This document shows positions 8,692 through 16,493 of a stretch of DNA of 47,476 bases, piece by piece. A model generated the notes under the pieces. The model did not search any database and was not told where the DNA came from. It saw only the letters and a list, made by a program, of their open reading frames with translations. Source of the DNA: a virus. The position numbers were made by a program, and so were the translations under genes. Position 1 is the stretch's first letter, and each line of letters opens with the position of its first letter. The stretch lies in IMG/VR virus record IMGVR_UViG_3300027863_001490; one strand, written 5' to 3'.

Positions 8692-9838
8692 AATTGCAAC
8701 TCAAGTAACGGCGTCTTCTGACGGCGACGCAATCCTCGAAGAGTTCCTTTCTTACCTGAAACCGAGTACCGCCAGCGTGTACCGCATAACTTTCAGGAAA
8801 CATTTTTTACCGTACCTGAAAACCGTTGAGTTTCACGGCGAAAAAATCCCCAATCTCCAAGTGATGCTAGATCTAATCAGCGCCGACCAAGCAAAAACCG
8901 TCAGGGAAAAACAGAATGTTGGCAGAGCAATATTCAAAGGCTTCAGCGAATACCTCATAGCGGAGGGTATGGCGCCGAAAAGCGTCGTCAACAGGGTTGG
9001 CGCCGTCCAAAGTCTCTGCAAATTCAAGGAATTAGCCGTTAGCACGAAATGGATTCAACTGCCTGAACCGATTGCTCAAACTAAAAGCTTCGCATGGACT
9101 ATTCAATGGTATGAAATCCACAATGCTTACTTGAAACACGCCGATTACCGAGCGTTAAGCGCCTGTACTTTCCAGTCGGGGTCAGGCATCAGCGACGTGT
9201 TGGCACGCCCCTACGGTTTAATTCAGAAACAATACGAAGCGCAGCTAGAAAACATCTCCAAACAAATAGCATACTTAGCCGCATCGAAGACCTACGCTTT
9301 AAGCCCAGAGTTCCCAGTTAAATCGATTGTTTTCAGGGCAGTCAGAATCAAAACTGGGGTTGAGCACCGCACCTGTTATGGACCCGAAAGCCTTGTGCTC
9401 ATCAAACGACACTTTGACGAAATATACGGCGAAAACGGAGTTCCGAAGCTTGAAGAGCCAATCTTTAAGATGCAGCGGCGCCCAATCGATGAACTCTTCG
9501 CTGTCCGAGCAAAAACTCTAATCGGCGAGTGGCCTTTCAGAAATCCAATGAGCATTCATGGTTTCCGAAAGTTTTTCCGTAAACGCATGGTTAAAGAATG
9601 TCACTGCCCAAGCGAATACGCCGAATACTTCATGGCTCACCAGTTGAAGGGTGACATGCGGAAAACCTACAGTGAAATGGAGGATCACGAGTGGCTTCAA
9701 ATCTATCGGGAATATGGGGAGCCTAAGTTGTTGCCGGATGGGACGCTTCAAACTGGTTTGGCGTTTAGGATTTTGCCTTATGAGGTTGCCCAGCGGGAGT
9801 TTAAGAAGCTCGGGTCGGCTCCAGCCCTCTCCACCTGA
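8684..9838 (+). CDS. Tyrosine recombinase/integrase (open frame extends to 8597)
   Basis: RIKTG (Lys), IHGFRKFF (HxxR), FMAH, RKTY (Tyr); box I reads QSGSGISDVL with Gly at the usual Arg position; TTG start with GGAGG upstream. Confidence 0.85.
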   Translation: MVEIATQVTASSDGDAILEEFLSYLKPSTASVYRITFRKHFLPYLKTVEFHGEKIPNLQVMLDLISADQAKTVREKQNVGRAIFKGFSEYLIAEGMAPKSVVNRVGAVQSLCKFKELAVSTKWIQLPEPIAQTKSFAWTIQWYEIHNAYLKHADYRALSACTFQSGSGISDVLARPYGLIQKQYEAQLENISKQIAYLAASKTYALSPEFPVKSIVFRAVRIKTGVEHRTCYGPESLVLIKRHFDEIYGENGVPKLEEPIFKMQRRPIDELFAVRAKTLIGEWPFRNPMSIHGFRKFFRKRMVKECHCPSEYAEYFMAHQLKGDMRKTYSEMEDHEWLQIYREYGEPKLLPDGTLQTGLAFRILPYEVAQREFKKLGSAPALST

Positions 9839-9842
9839 TTTC

Positions 9843-9940
9843 TTAACGCCGTTAATTTTTCGGGGTCAGCGTCAGGTGACACTACCCCGCTTTTACGAAA
9901 GTGTCGTAAAATTGCCTGATTTCGTGCCATTGGCAATTTT
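9843..9940. other. Cluster of four inverted repeats, candidate attP/recombination site
   Basis: TTAACG-C-CGTTAA; CGGGG..CCCCG; TTTTACG-N7-CGTAAAA (9891-9911); AAAATTGCC-N15-GGCAATTTT (9908-9940); directly downstream of integrase. Confidence 0.45.
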
Positions 9941-10056
9941 TCGATTTTTTAACAATACTAAATTTTCCTTTGTCTGCCTATATAAGGAAGAAATGGCACT
10001 CACTTTTTCTAGTTAGGTGTTAATTCCCCCTCTTTTTCTTTCATGGTGAAAAAGGT

Positions 10057-10662
10057 TTGCCACAAATTATAGCAGATTCTAACCTGAAAAACGAATTTAT
10101 AAACAAACTCCAAGAACGTTCAGCCCCAATCCGCGAAGAAATCCATGTAAGCGATTTAGTTTATTGCTTAAGGAAAGCCTATTATCGAAGGTTTGAGAAC
10201 CGCAAACTCAGCGAGCAACAACTGATTTTCTTCTTGGACGGACACCAGCGGCACGAAGGCTTACAGAGTCTCGTCGGTAACTTGGAAAAAGAAAAAGAGG
10301 TAAGAAAATTCGGAGTCGTCGGCCACATCGACATATGTGGAAAATATCCCATAGAAATCAAAACGACCAGATCTCGCCCGAATAGTCAAAGACCAGAACA
10401 GTACCTTCGCCAGCTTGCATATTACTGTTTACTCACGGAGACTGACACTGGCAACCTCATAACCCAATACATCAATGATGGCTTCTTAACTTTCGAAAAG
10501 ATAACTTTTAGCCAAGATGAACTCGACGTGTATCTCCGTGAGATGCTATCTAGCCGTGACCTTTTGGAGTTATCTTATAAAACGGTTTCTGTGAATCCGT
10601 TGCCAGTTTTAGGTAATTGGCAATGTACCCACTGCGAATTTAAGGCTAAGTGCCTTCTCTGA
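10057..10662 (+). CDS. Solo Cas4-like PD-(D/E)XK exonuclease
   Basis: IHVSDLVYCLRK, GHIDI, IEIKT, QLAYY, C-terminal CxxCx5C completing a four-Cys Fe-S set. Confidence 0.85.
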   Translation: MPQIIADSNLKNEFINKLQERSAPIREEIHVSDLVYCLRKAYYRRFENRKLSEQQLIFFLDGHQRHEGLQSLVGNLEKEKEVRKFGVVGHIDICGKYPIEIKTTRSRPNSQRPEQYLRQLAYYCLLTETDTGNLITQYINDGFLTFEKITFSQDELDVYLREMLSSRDLLELSYKTVSVNPLPVLGNWQCTHCEFKAKCLL

Positions 10663-10698
10663 TTTTTTTGAGTTTGTATCGGTTTCGCCAAACTTTTG

Positions 10699-10755
10699 AA
10701 AGCGGGTATGCCCGTTTTAGTCTCCAGAGTTCGACTTTGAGGAAGTCGTCTGGGG
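10699..10755. terminator. Two tandem hairpins between convergent genes
   Basis: AAAGCGGG-TATG-CCCGTTTT and CTCCAGA..CGACTT-TGAGG-AAGTCG-TCTGGGG. Confidence 0.4.
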
Positions 10756-10767
10756 TTTTGATTTGCT

Positions 10768-11247
10768 TCATTCTTTCTCCGCTACCGGTTCGTCAACGCA
10801 ATCAGATGTAGGTTCCCAATAAATTACGGCTTGGTGACTCCCCGAATGACCTTTAGGAAGCTGGCAAAGAGTTTTTCGTACTGGTCTTTCATCCCCACAG
10901 TGACCGCCAAAACTCTCAATTTCCTGTTGTAACCGTTTATTTTCAGCCATAAGCGCCGATAGATGAAGCTCTAAATCTCTACGGCTTCGTTCTCCATCAG
11001 AATAAGCCTCTTCTTTGGCATATTTTCGGTATTCTTCTGAAACGTCCTTTTTCATAATTTTTGTGTCTTCATCAAAAATGTCAAAGCGCCGAACTATTAC
11101 AGGATGTCCAGCTTCTTCTTTATCCATGAAGAATTGAAGCATAGCAACAGTATCTAAATGGTTGCCTTCTCCTTTGACCTCTAATTCTTTGCCATAGTGG
11201 ACATACTCGCCTGTTTCTGCATCTATCACATAAAGAGTGAAGCCCAT
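10768..11247 (-). CDS. Hypothetical protein with coiled-coil segment
   Basis: 159-aa ORF with GGAG upstream. Confidence 0.7.
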   Translation of the reverse strand: MGFTLYVIDAETGEYVHYGKELEVKGEGNHLDTVAMLQFFMDKEEAGHPVIVRRFDIFDEDTKIMKKDVSEEYRKYAKEEAYSDGERSRRDLELHLSALMAENKRLQQEIESFGGHCGDERPVRKTLCQLPKGHSGSHQAVIYWEPTSDCVDEPVAEKE

Positions 11248-11360
11248 TATCTTTTCTCCGCTCGATTTACCCTAAATGAAAAATCAACCCATAAGCTTTG
11301 TTATGTCAGGATTTCTGTTTTTACTTTTTTCTTTTATTAGGAAATAGGAAAAGTGAAAAT

Positions 11361-11666
11361 ATGAGTGCGCAAGAAATCGTAATCAAATTAGAATCCCCTG
11401 AACCTTCTGAGCTAGAAGTGCTGTGCCCAAAATGGGGAGGTAAAAGGCAAGTAATAAAAAGTCGAGCTTGCCCAGATGCCGGAAACTGCGTCGTAAAAAA
11501 AGTCATTGGTTACGAGGCTAATCCTTGCACTCCTCAAGTGAAAGACGTTCCCGTCTATAGTGAACCGTTTGACCAGACATCGGAGTTCTGTGGTGCAGCA
11601 ACTTTCCTCGCCTGTGGCGCCTGTCACACCAGCGAGAAGTACATTCCCAAAGCGGCTTCTCCTTAA
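11361..11666 (+). CDS. Cys-rich hypothetical protein (track start 11298)
   Basis: Multiple Cys, CGAC-H. Confidence 0.6.
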   Translation: MSAQEIVIKLESPEPSELEVLCPKWGGKRQVIKSRACPDAGNCVVKKVIGYEANPCTPQVKDVPVYSEPFDQTSEFCGAATFLACGACHTSEKYIPKAASP

Positions 11667-11681
11667 CTGGAGCCTTGGATA

Positions 11682-11897
11682 ATGACTTCTCTAAAAGTCA
11701 GCGACGCCGTTGGCAAAGCGTTGAAGCAGTTTGCCCTCGACACGGAGGTGCATCAGGCGGTTGAGCTCTTGAAGAATCCGAAAGTGAAGATACTCAACAT
11801 AGTGAATTACCATTCTTGTGAGTGTTTCACTAAGGAACTGATGCAGCTTTTTGAGTATGTGAAGCGGGACCAGCAAGAACAAGTTTGCCAAAGATGA
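11682..11897 (+). CDS. Hypothetical protein
   Basis: ORF with GGAG upstream. Confidence 0.55.
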   Translation: MTSLKVSDAVGKALKQFALDTEVHQAVELLKNPKVKILNIVNYHSCECFTKELMQLFEYVKRDQQEQVCQR

Positions 11898-11913
11898 AGG
11901 GAGATAACCAAAA

Positions 11914-12300
11914 ATGGCCTCTCAATCTTCCTCTTATTTCAGGGCTTTAGTTTTATCGTTAAAACAGTTTAAACTAAAATGTGCTCCATTTAATGAAAGA
12001 GAGATTGAGGAAGGTATAGAGCAACATCTTAAAGCAAGGCATTTTCCAGTCAAACGTCAGATAGTCAAAGGAAAAGACCGCTTCGACTTAACCGTTGGCA
12101 AATTCATCATCGAAGCAAAATTAATCGGCTCCATAAGCGTCGCCGAGCAGCTAGATCGATATTCCTTTTTTTGCGACGGCATCATATTGGTATGTTGGAA
12201 AGCTTCTAAACCTCTAAAACAGTTATTCGCCGATGCTAAATCTCAATGCAAAATTCCCGTTGAACTTGTCGAGATAAACAAAAACTGTGATGTTGTCTAA
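11914..12300 (+). CDS. PD-(D/E)XK nuclease
   Basis: E(REIE)...RFDL...IIEAK...QLDRY; abuts SNF2 helicase. Confidence 0.8.
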   Translation: MASQSSSYFRALVLSLKQFKLKCAPFNEREIEEGIEQHLKARHFPVKRQIVKGKDRFDLTVGKFIIEAKLIGSISVAEQLDRYSFFCDGIILVCWKASKPLKQLFADAKSQCKIPVELVEINKNCDVV

Positions 12301-14406
12301 ATGCCTGACAAAATCTATGGCACCCTCGAATACATTGCAGCGCGTAATGGAGAGAATAGGGGTCACTGGCGAATAGTTGGTCCTCAACCTTCAATGATGG
12401 CTAAACGTGTCATCCCCGAGGCTTGGTCCAACAAGACTGCTCAAATCGAAATCCCCGATAACCTATGTAATGTCGAGCACGTTGAATGGTTGATGATGCG
12501 TTATCCTCTTACAATCAAGGATTCGGAGCGGTGGCGATCTCGGATTGATGAGCTTCATGGGGTAAGGCAGCGCAGAACCAGTCTACAAGCAATCGGTCAA
12601 GCAGTCGTTGACGCTCGATTCACTGGGACTCTGATGGATTTCCAGAAGGAAGGCTTAGATTTTCTGCTTAAAACTTCGGGGATCGCTTTGGTCGCAGATG
12701 AGATGGGCCTTGGCAAAACCGTAGAGGTATTGGCGTATTTAGTTACTGAGAAAGATGCTTTTCCCTGTTTGATTGTTGCACCTTTGGTTACGCTCATTAA
12801 TTGGCAAAGAGAGATAGCACGCTTTATCAAGCGAGAATCTGGCGACCAATTCATAGTCAAAACAGTTCGAACAGGCAAATCCGAAGATGGCTTACTCCAA
12901 ACCTTCAAGCTTCTAGACAAAGAGAATGGACAGCCGCAAATTGTCCTAATCAACTATGACTTGGTGCATCGCCGAAAAGATGACCTTGCCAAAATTCCCT
13001 TCAGAACCATCATTGCCGATGAATGCCAAAATTTGATGAATCCGGGTGCTTTAAAGACAGAAGCCATAAAAGAACTCTCTAACCTCGCTTCAGTCAAGCA
13101 CCGTATTGGTCTTAGCGGAACCCCATGCTATAATCATGGAATAGAAATCTGGAGTATCTGCGACTTCATTTATCCGGGGCTTCTAGGAACATACACTGAG
13201 TTCGGAAAAGAGTTCGTCAACTGGCATGATCCTAAGCATTCAGTCTATGAAGAAAAACGCAGTGCTCTTTTTGAAATACTAACTCAAAACCTTATGATTC
13301 GACGCCGAAAAATCGATGTACTATCTCTTCCCGATAAGGTTCGCTACCGGCAACCAATCCAAATTAATGAAGAATACTATAAGCGGGAAATGGAGAAACA
13401 TATCGATGAACTCAATGCCCAGTTAGCGCAAGCTGAAGCAAAAACCAAATTCCAAACCATCAGCCAAATAAACGCTTACGAAAGATTCGCTCAAAATGAA
13501 CGTATAACGGCTGGCATGGCCAAGGTGCCTTACGTTCTCCAGTTCATTGAAGAAATACTTGAAACAGGTGAACCGGTGGTCGTCTACTGTCACCATAAGG
13601 CAGTGCATGACGAATTAAACCGTCATCTATGGAGACATCATCCTGTAACTATTAGGGGCGAACAAACCGATATTCAAAGGCAAGATTCAATCGACAAGTT
13701 CCAGAATGGGGAAACCAAATTAATGATTGCTGGAATACGAGCGGGAAACGTCGGCATAAACCTCACTGTTGCAGCTTACGTTATCTTCGCCGAATTAGAT
13801 TGGAGCCCAGCCAGACACCGACAAGCGGAAGACCGACTTCACAGAATTGGGCAAAAGAAAACCGTTTTCGCCTATTACCTTGAAGGCGTCAACACCCTTG
13901 ACGAGAAAGTGGCTGAAGTCCTCACAAACAAGAAACTGGAACTCGATGAAGTCCTCGGCGACGCCAACCGTTCCGATCAATATGCTGAAACCGAAAAACT
14001 CTCTGACGAGACAAGGGCGCTCGTTGAGAAGTTATTGGAACGCTTCAAAAAAATCGGCGCCAATGTACCCGCTTGCAAACCAGAAACTGTAAAGGAAGAA
14101 ATCGAGAAGGAAACATCAATCATGAATGAACTATTGCCCGTAATGGAGCCAGTCTTGAAGCCGAAGGTTAGAACCCTTCTCGACTTTTCTGTACCTGTGC
14201 CTTCTGATTCTGACCAACATAAAAAGGTGCTTGAGACGCTTATGGCTTTGGAGTCTCAATGTGATGGTCCTGTTCCCAGAGAAGCCTTAATAGCTGAGGT
14301 ATCGACAAAAAATGTTGAACGATCCTTCGCATTGAAAAGCATATCTCTTCTGATGAGGGAAGGAACAATCTATGAGCCGAGGGAAGGATACATCCGAAAA
14401 ACCTAA
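12301..14406 (+). CDS. SNF2/HARP-like helicase with C-terminal MCM-type winged helix
   Basis: DEMGLGKT, IADECQ, LSGTP, GINLT, QAEDRLHRIGQ; ends LMREGTIYEPREGYIRKT. Confidence 0.92.
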   Translation: MPDKIYGTLEYIAARNGENRGHWRIVGPQPSMMAKRVIPEAWSNKTAQIEIPDNLCNVEHVEWLMMRYPLTIKDSERWRSRIDELHGVRQRRTSLQAIGQAVVDARFTGTLMDFQKEGLDFLLKTSGIALVADEMGLGKTVEVLAYLVTEKDAFPCLIVAPLVTLINWQREIARFIKRESGDQFIVKTVRTGKSEDGLLQTFKLLDKENGQPQIVLINYDLVHRRKDDLAKIPFRTIIADECQNLMNPGALKTEAIKELSNLASVKHRIGLSGTPCYNHGIEIWSICDFIYPGLLGTYTEFGKEFVNWHDPKHSVYEEKRSALFEILTQNLMIRRRKIDVLSLPDKVRYRQPIQINEEYYKREMEKHIDELNAQLAQAEAKTKFQTISQINAYERFAQNERITAGMAKVPYVLQFIEEILETGEPVVVYCHHKAVHDELNRHLWRHHPVTIRGEQTDIQRQDSIDKFQNGETKLMIAGIRAGNVGINLTVAAYVIFAELDWSPARHRQAEDRLHRIGQKKTVFAYYLEGVNTLDEKVAEVLTNKKLELDEVLGDANRSDQYAETEKLSDETRALVEKLLERFKKIGANVPACKPETVKEEIEKETSIMNELLPVMEPVLKPKVRTLLDFSVPVPSDSDQHKKVLETLMALESQCDGPVPREALIAEVSTKNVERSFALKSISLLMREGTIYEPREGYIRKT

Positions 14407-14430
14407 CGTTTTTGAGACGATTTTTCTTTC

Positions 14431-14784
14431 ATGGACAGAATAATCGACTTTGAAAAATTCAAAGAAAAATGCGCTACCTTTGATAAACCAGCACTCAAAG
14501 CCTTATTGTTTAATTGGGCTCTTCAGAGAACCTTGACTGAGCTTGCTCTTGTCAAAGCCCTTAATCGATGCAGAGAAAACGGGGCACCCGTTTCCAAAGA
14601 AGAAAACCTAGCTGATTTAGAGAATATAGTTCAAGGTGAGCGTATCCTGATTAATCTGCTTGGTCGCCGTGAAGCAGCTAAGGTCTATGGCATGATGGAA
14701 GACATTACCAGTGACGTGAAAACGGTAGACTGGGTTTTAACCAACGACTTTGTTAGCTGCTACAAGACGGTAGGTAACTCGTAA
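14431..14784 (+). CDS. Hypothetical helical protein
   Basis: 117-aa ORF. Confidence 0.65.
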   Translation: MDRIIDFEKFKEKCATFDKPALKALLFNWALQRTLTELALVKALNRCRENGAPVSKEENLADLENIVQGERILINLLGRREAAKVYGMMEDITSDVKTVDWVLTNDFVSCYKTVGNS

Positions 14785-14792
14785 TGTTCCCA
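14783..14792. promoter_or_regulatory. Half-site AATGTTCCCA overlapping a stop codon
   Basis: Identical to left arm of site 1; TAGGCTAC from the site 1 spacer recurs 12 nt downstream. Confidence 0.5.
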
Positions 14793-15023
14793 AAATTTTG
14801 GTTATAGGCTACTTTTTTCATTTAGTGATTAGATGTCAAATCGAATAGTAATCTCTTTTGAGATTAGAGTTTGGGCTATTCGTCATTACCTCAAAGTGAC
14901 GGAAGACAGAAATCCCTTGTTGATGTTCAAGGATGTTCTTTGGATTTTAGTTAAAGGCGTTCCTTTCCACTTGGCTTATAATCTTCATGTGGTTGACGAA
15001 ATCGAGAATACCTTATATTTTCC

Positions 15024-15256
15024 TTAAGTGAATTGCTTTAGAAATTCTTCTCTGCCCACGCCGCTATTGTTGACAATGCCAGATAGTGTTCCCTGTCTGA
15101 GCTCGTCATGGAAGGGTATTATAACCCGGATTGATATGCGCTGTTTTGTTCGGTTAACCATTGTGACGTGACTGCCTTTCCAGTTCTCGATTTCAAAACC
15201 AAAATGCTCAAGTGCTTTGATGGCATCTTTCCCCGAGATACAGGCAGTTTATTCAT
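15024..15256 (-). pseudogene. hicA: HicA-family mRNA interferase, 1-nt frameshift after codon 5-6 (not in ORF track)
   Basis: MNKLP(V) in one frame joins ISGKDAIKALEHFGFEIENWKGSHVTM...IPFHDELRQGTLSGIV...GVGREEFLK in another; 233 nt. Confidence 0.85.
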
Positions 15257-15684
15257 TTTAATCGAGTCCTATTGTCAAACCAAACCAACGATTCATCATA
15301 AGAAAAAACCTTGAGGCGCTGGGGAGTTTCCGTCCTTCAAGAGCAAGTAAGAAAGGAGTCAGTCGTTAGACCGTTAGACCCTGTGCGTTGTTGTAGGACG
15401 CAATCTCTCCCAGAGTTGATACTGAAACCGCCTCAACAGAAAAAACACTTTTTGAAGTGCTGCAAAAAAATATTTACCGGTGAAAAAAGCATGGGAAAAA
15501 GTCCATGCCCCCTATAGGCGCTCGGAAATTTCTTTAAAAAAATTTTTATTTACCTAATATAGCGAGGTTCTCAAAAGTTGAGTTATGAGAGGAAATTTTC
15601 CATGTTGTGGGATGATGGGGATGCCCCCGTCGCGTTATAGTTTTCGGGCGCGTTGCTGTTCTGTGGCGGTTAGAGGATTTGAAT

Positions 15685-15720
15685 TTGTCGCATTTCATAA
15701 GTGGATTGTCGCATTTCATA
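15685..15720 (+). repeat. 15-bp direct repeat TTGTCGCATTTCATA x2, 21-bp period
   Basis: Exact copies at 15685-15699 and 15706-15720 upstream of an RHH-like gene. Confidence 0.8.
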
Positions 15721-15745
15721 TTATAGGAGTGGACTTTTTTCTATT

Positions 15746-16303
15746 GTGAATGTCGAGTTGGTTGAACCAAAGAAAGGTCGCCGCCCAAAGGTGCCGGGGG
15801 CATTAAGTAATGGTAATGTTCATTCTTTGTATTGTCCTCAAATAGATTGGGATGATTTGCAGAAGATTGCTCCTGTTCTTGGGTTTGGGAGTGCAAGCGA
15901 GTTGATACGTGACAAGTTGGCTCCTGTGCTTGCGGAGTTTCGGAATGGCAAAATTGACAAGCCGCAATTTGACATTAAACGTAAAGAAGCAGAACTCGCC
16001 TTGTCTCTTAAAGAGTTGAATAAAATCACCAAAACCCTAAAGGACCAGTACAGCGGCGACAGCCGAATAAGCGATTATACGAAGATGTGCGGGTACATTG
16101 TCGGTTTAGGCGCCGACGCCAATTTGGAGGGTGGTCTTGAGGTGGCTTTGGAGAAGCTGCGTAAGCCTTCAATGAATGGGGGTTGCCCCTGCTCAGGTGC
16201 TACAAGGACTCTTTTCGGCAAACTTCTTTCCCTTGTTATTGAGTGCCGGGGTCTTCAAGCTGAAATCGACCATTACTATGAACATGAAGGTAAGAAAGAA
16301 TAG
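15746..16303 (+). CDS. Hypothetical protein with RHH-like N-terminal region (track start 15701)
   Basis: HSLYCPQIDWDDLQKIAPVLGFGSASELIRDKL resembles the RHH pattern. Confidence 0.65.
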   Translation: MNVELVEPKKGRRPKVPGALSNGNVHSLYCPQIDWDDLQKIAPVLGFGSASELIRDKLAPVLAEFRNGKIDKPQFDIKRKEAELALSLKELNKITKTLKDQYSGDSRISDYTKMCGYIVGLGADANLEGGLEVALEKLRKPSMNGGCPCSGATRTLFGKLLSLVIECRGLQAEIDHYYEHEGKKE

Positions 16304-16493
16304 TTTTTCTTTTGGAGGATAAAACAGGTGAAGAAACATAGGCATCTTCGAATTTTGATTTTGCCCCTGATTGCTTTAAGTTTTATTTCAGGTTGGCCTC
16401 TAAGTTTTTGCAAAGCCAAACCACTTAAGCGTTTTTCTAAAGTTTGATTTCGGCTGTGGCTGTTAAACCTATTTTTCATTTAGGTAAACAGTT

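Noticed and set aside
9862-9870. GGGGTCAGC shared with the 36815-36823 hairpin arm
   Set aside because: A 9-bp match is expected by chance at this genome size
9651-10016. 121-aa ORF
   Set aside because: Overlaps the integrase 3' end and the inverted-repeat region; no RBS or recognisable features
14833-15027. HicB antitoxin partner of hicA
   Set aside because: Opposite strand and no HicB-like pattern; other frames nearby give only short ORFs; the ORF itself is doubtful
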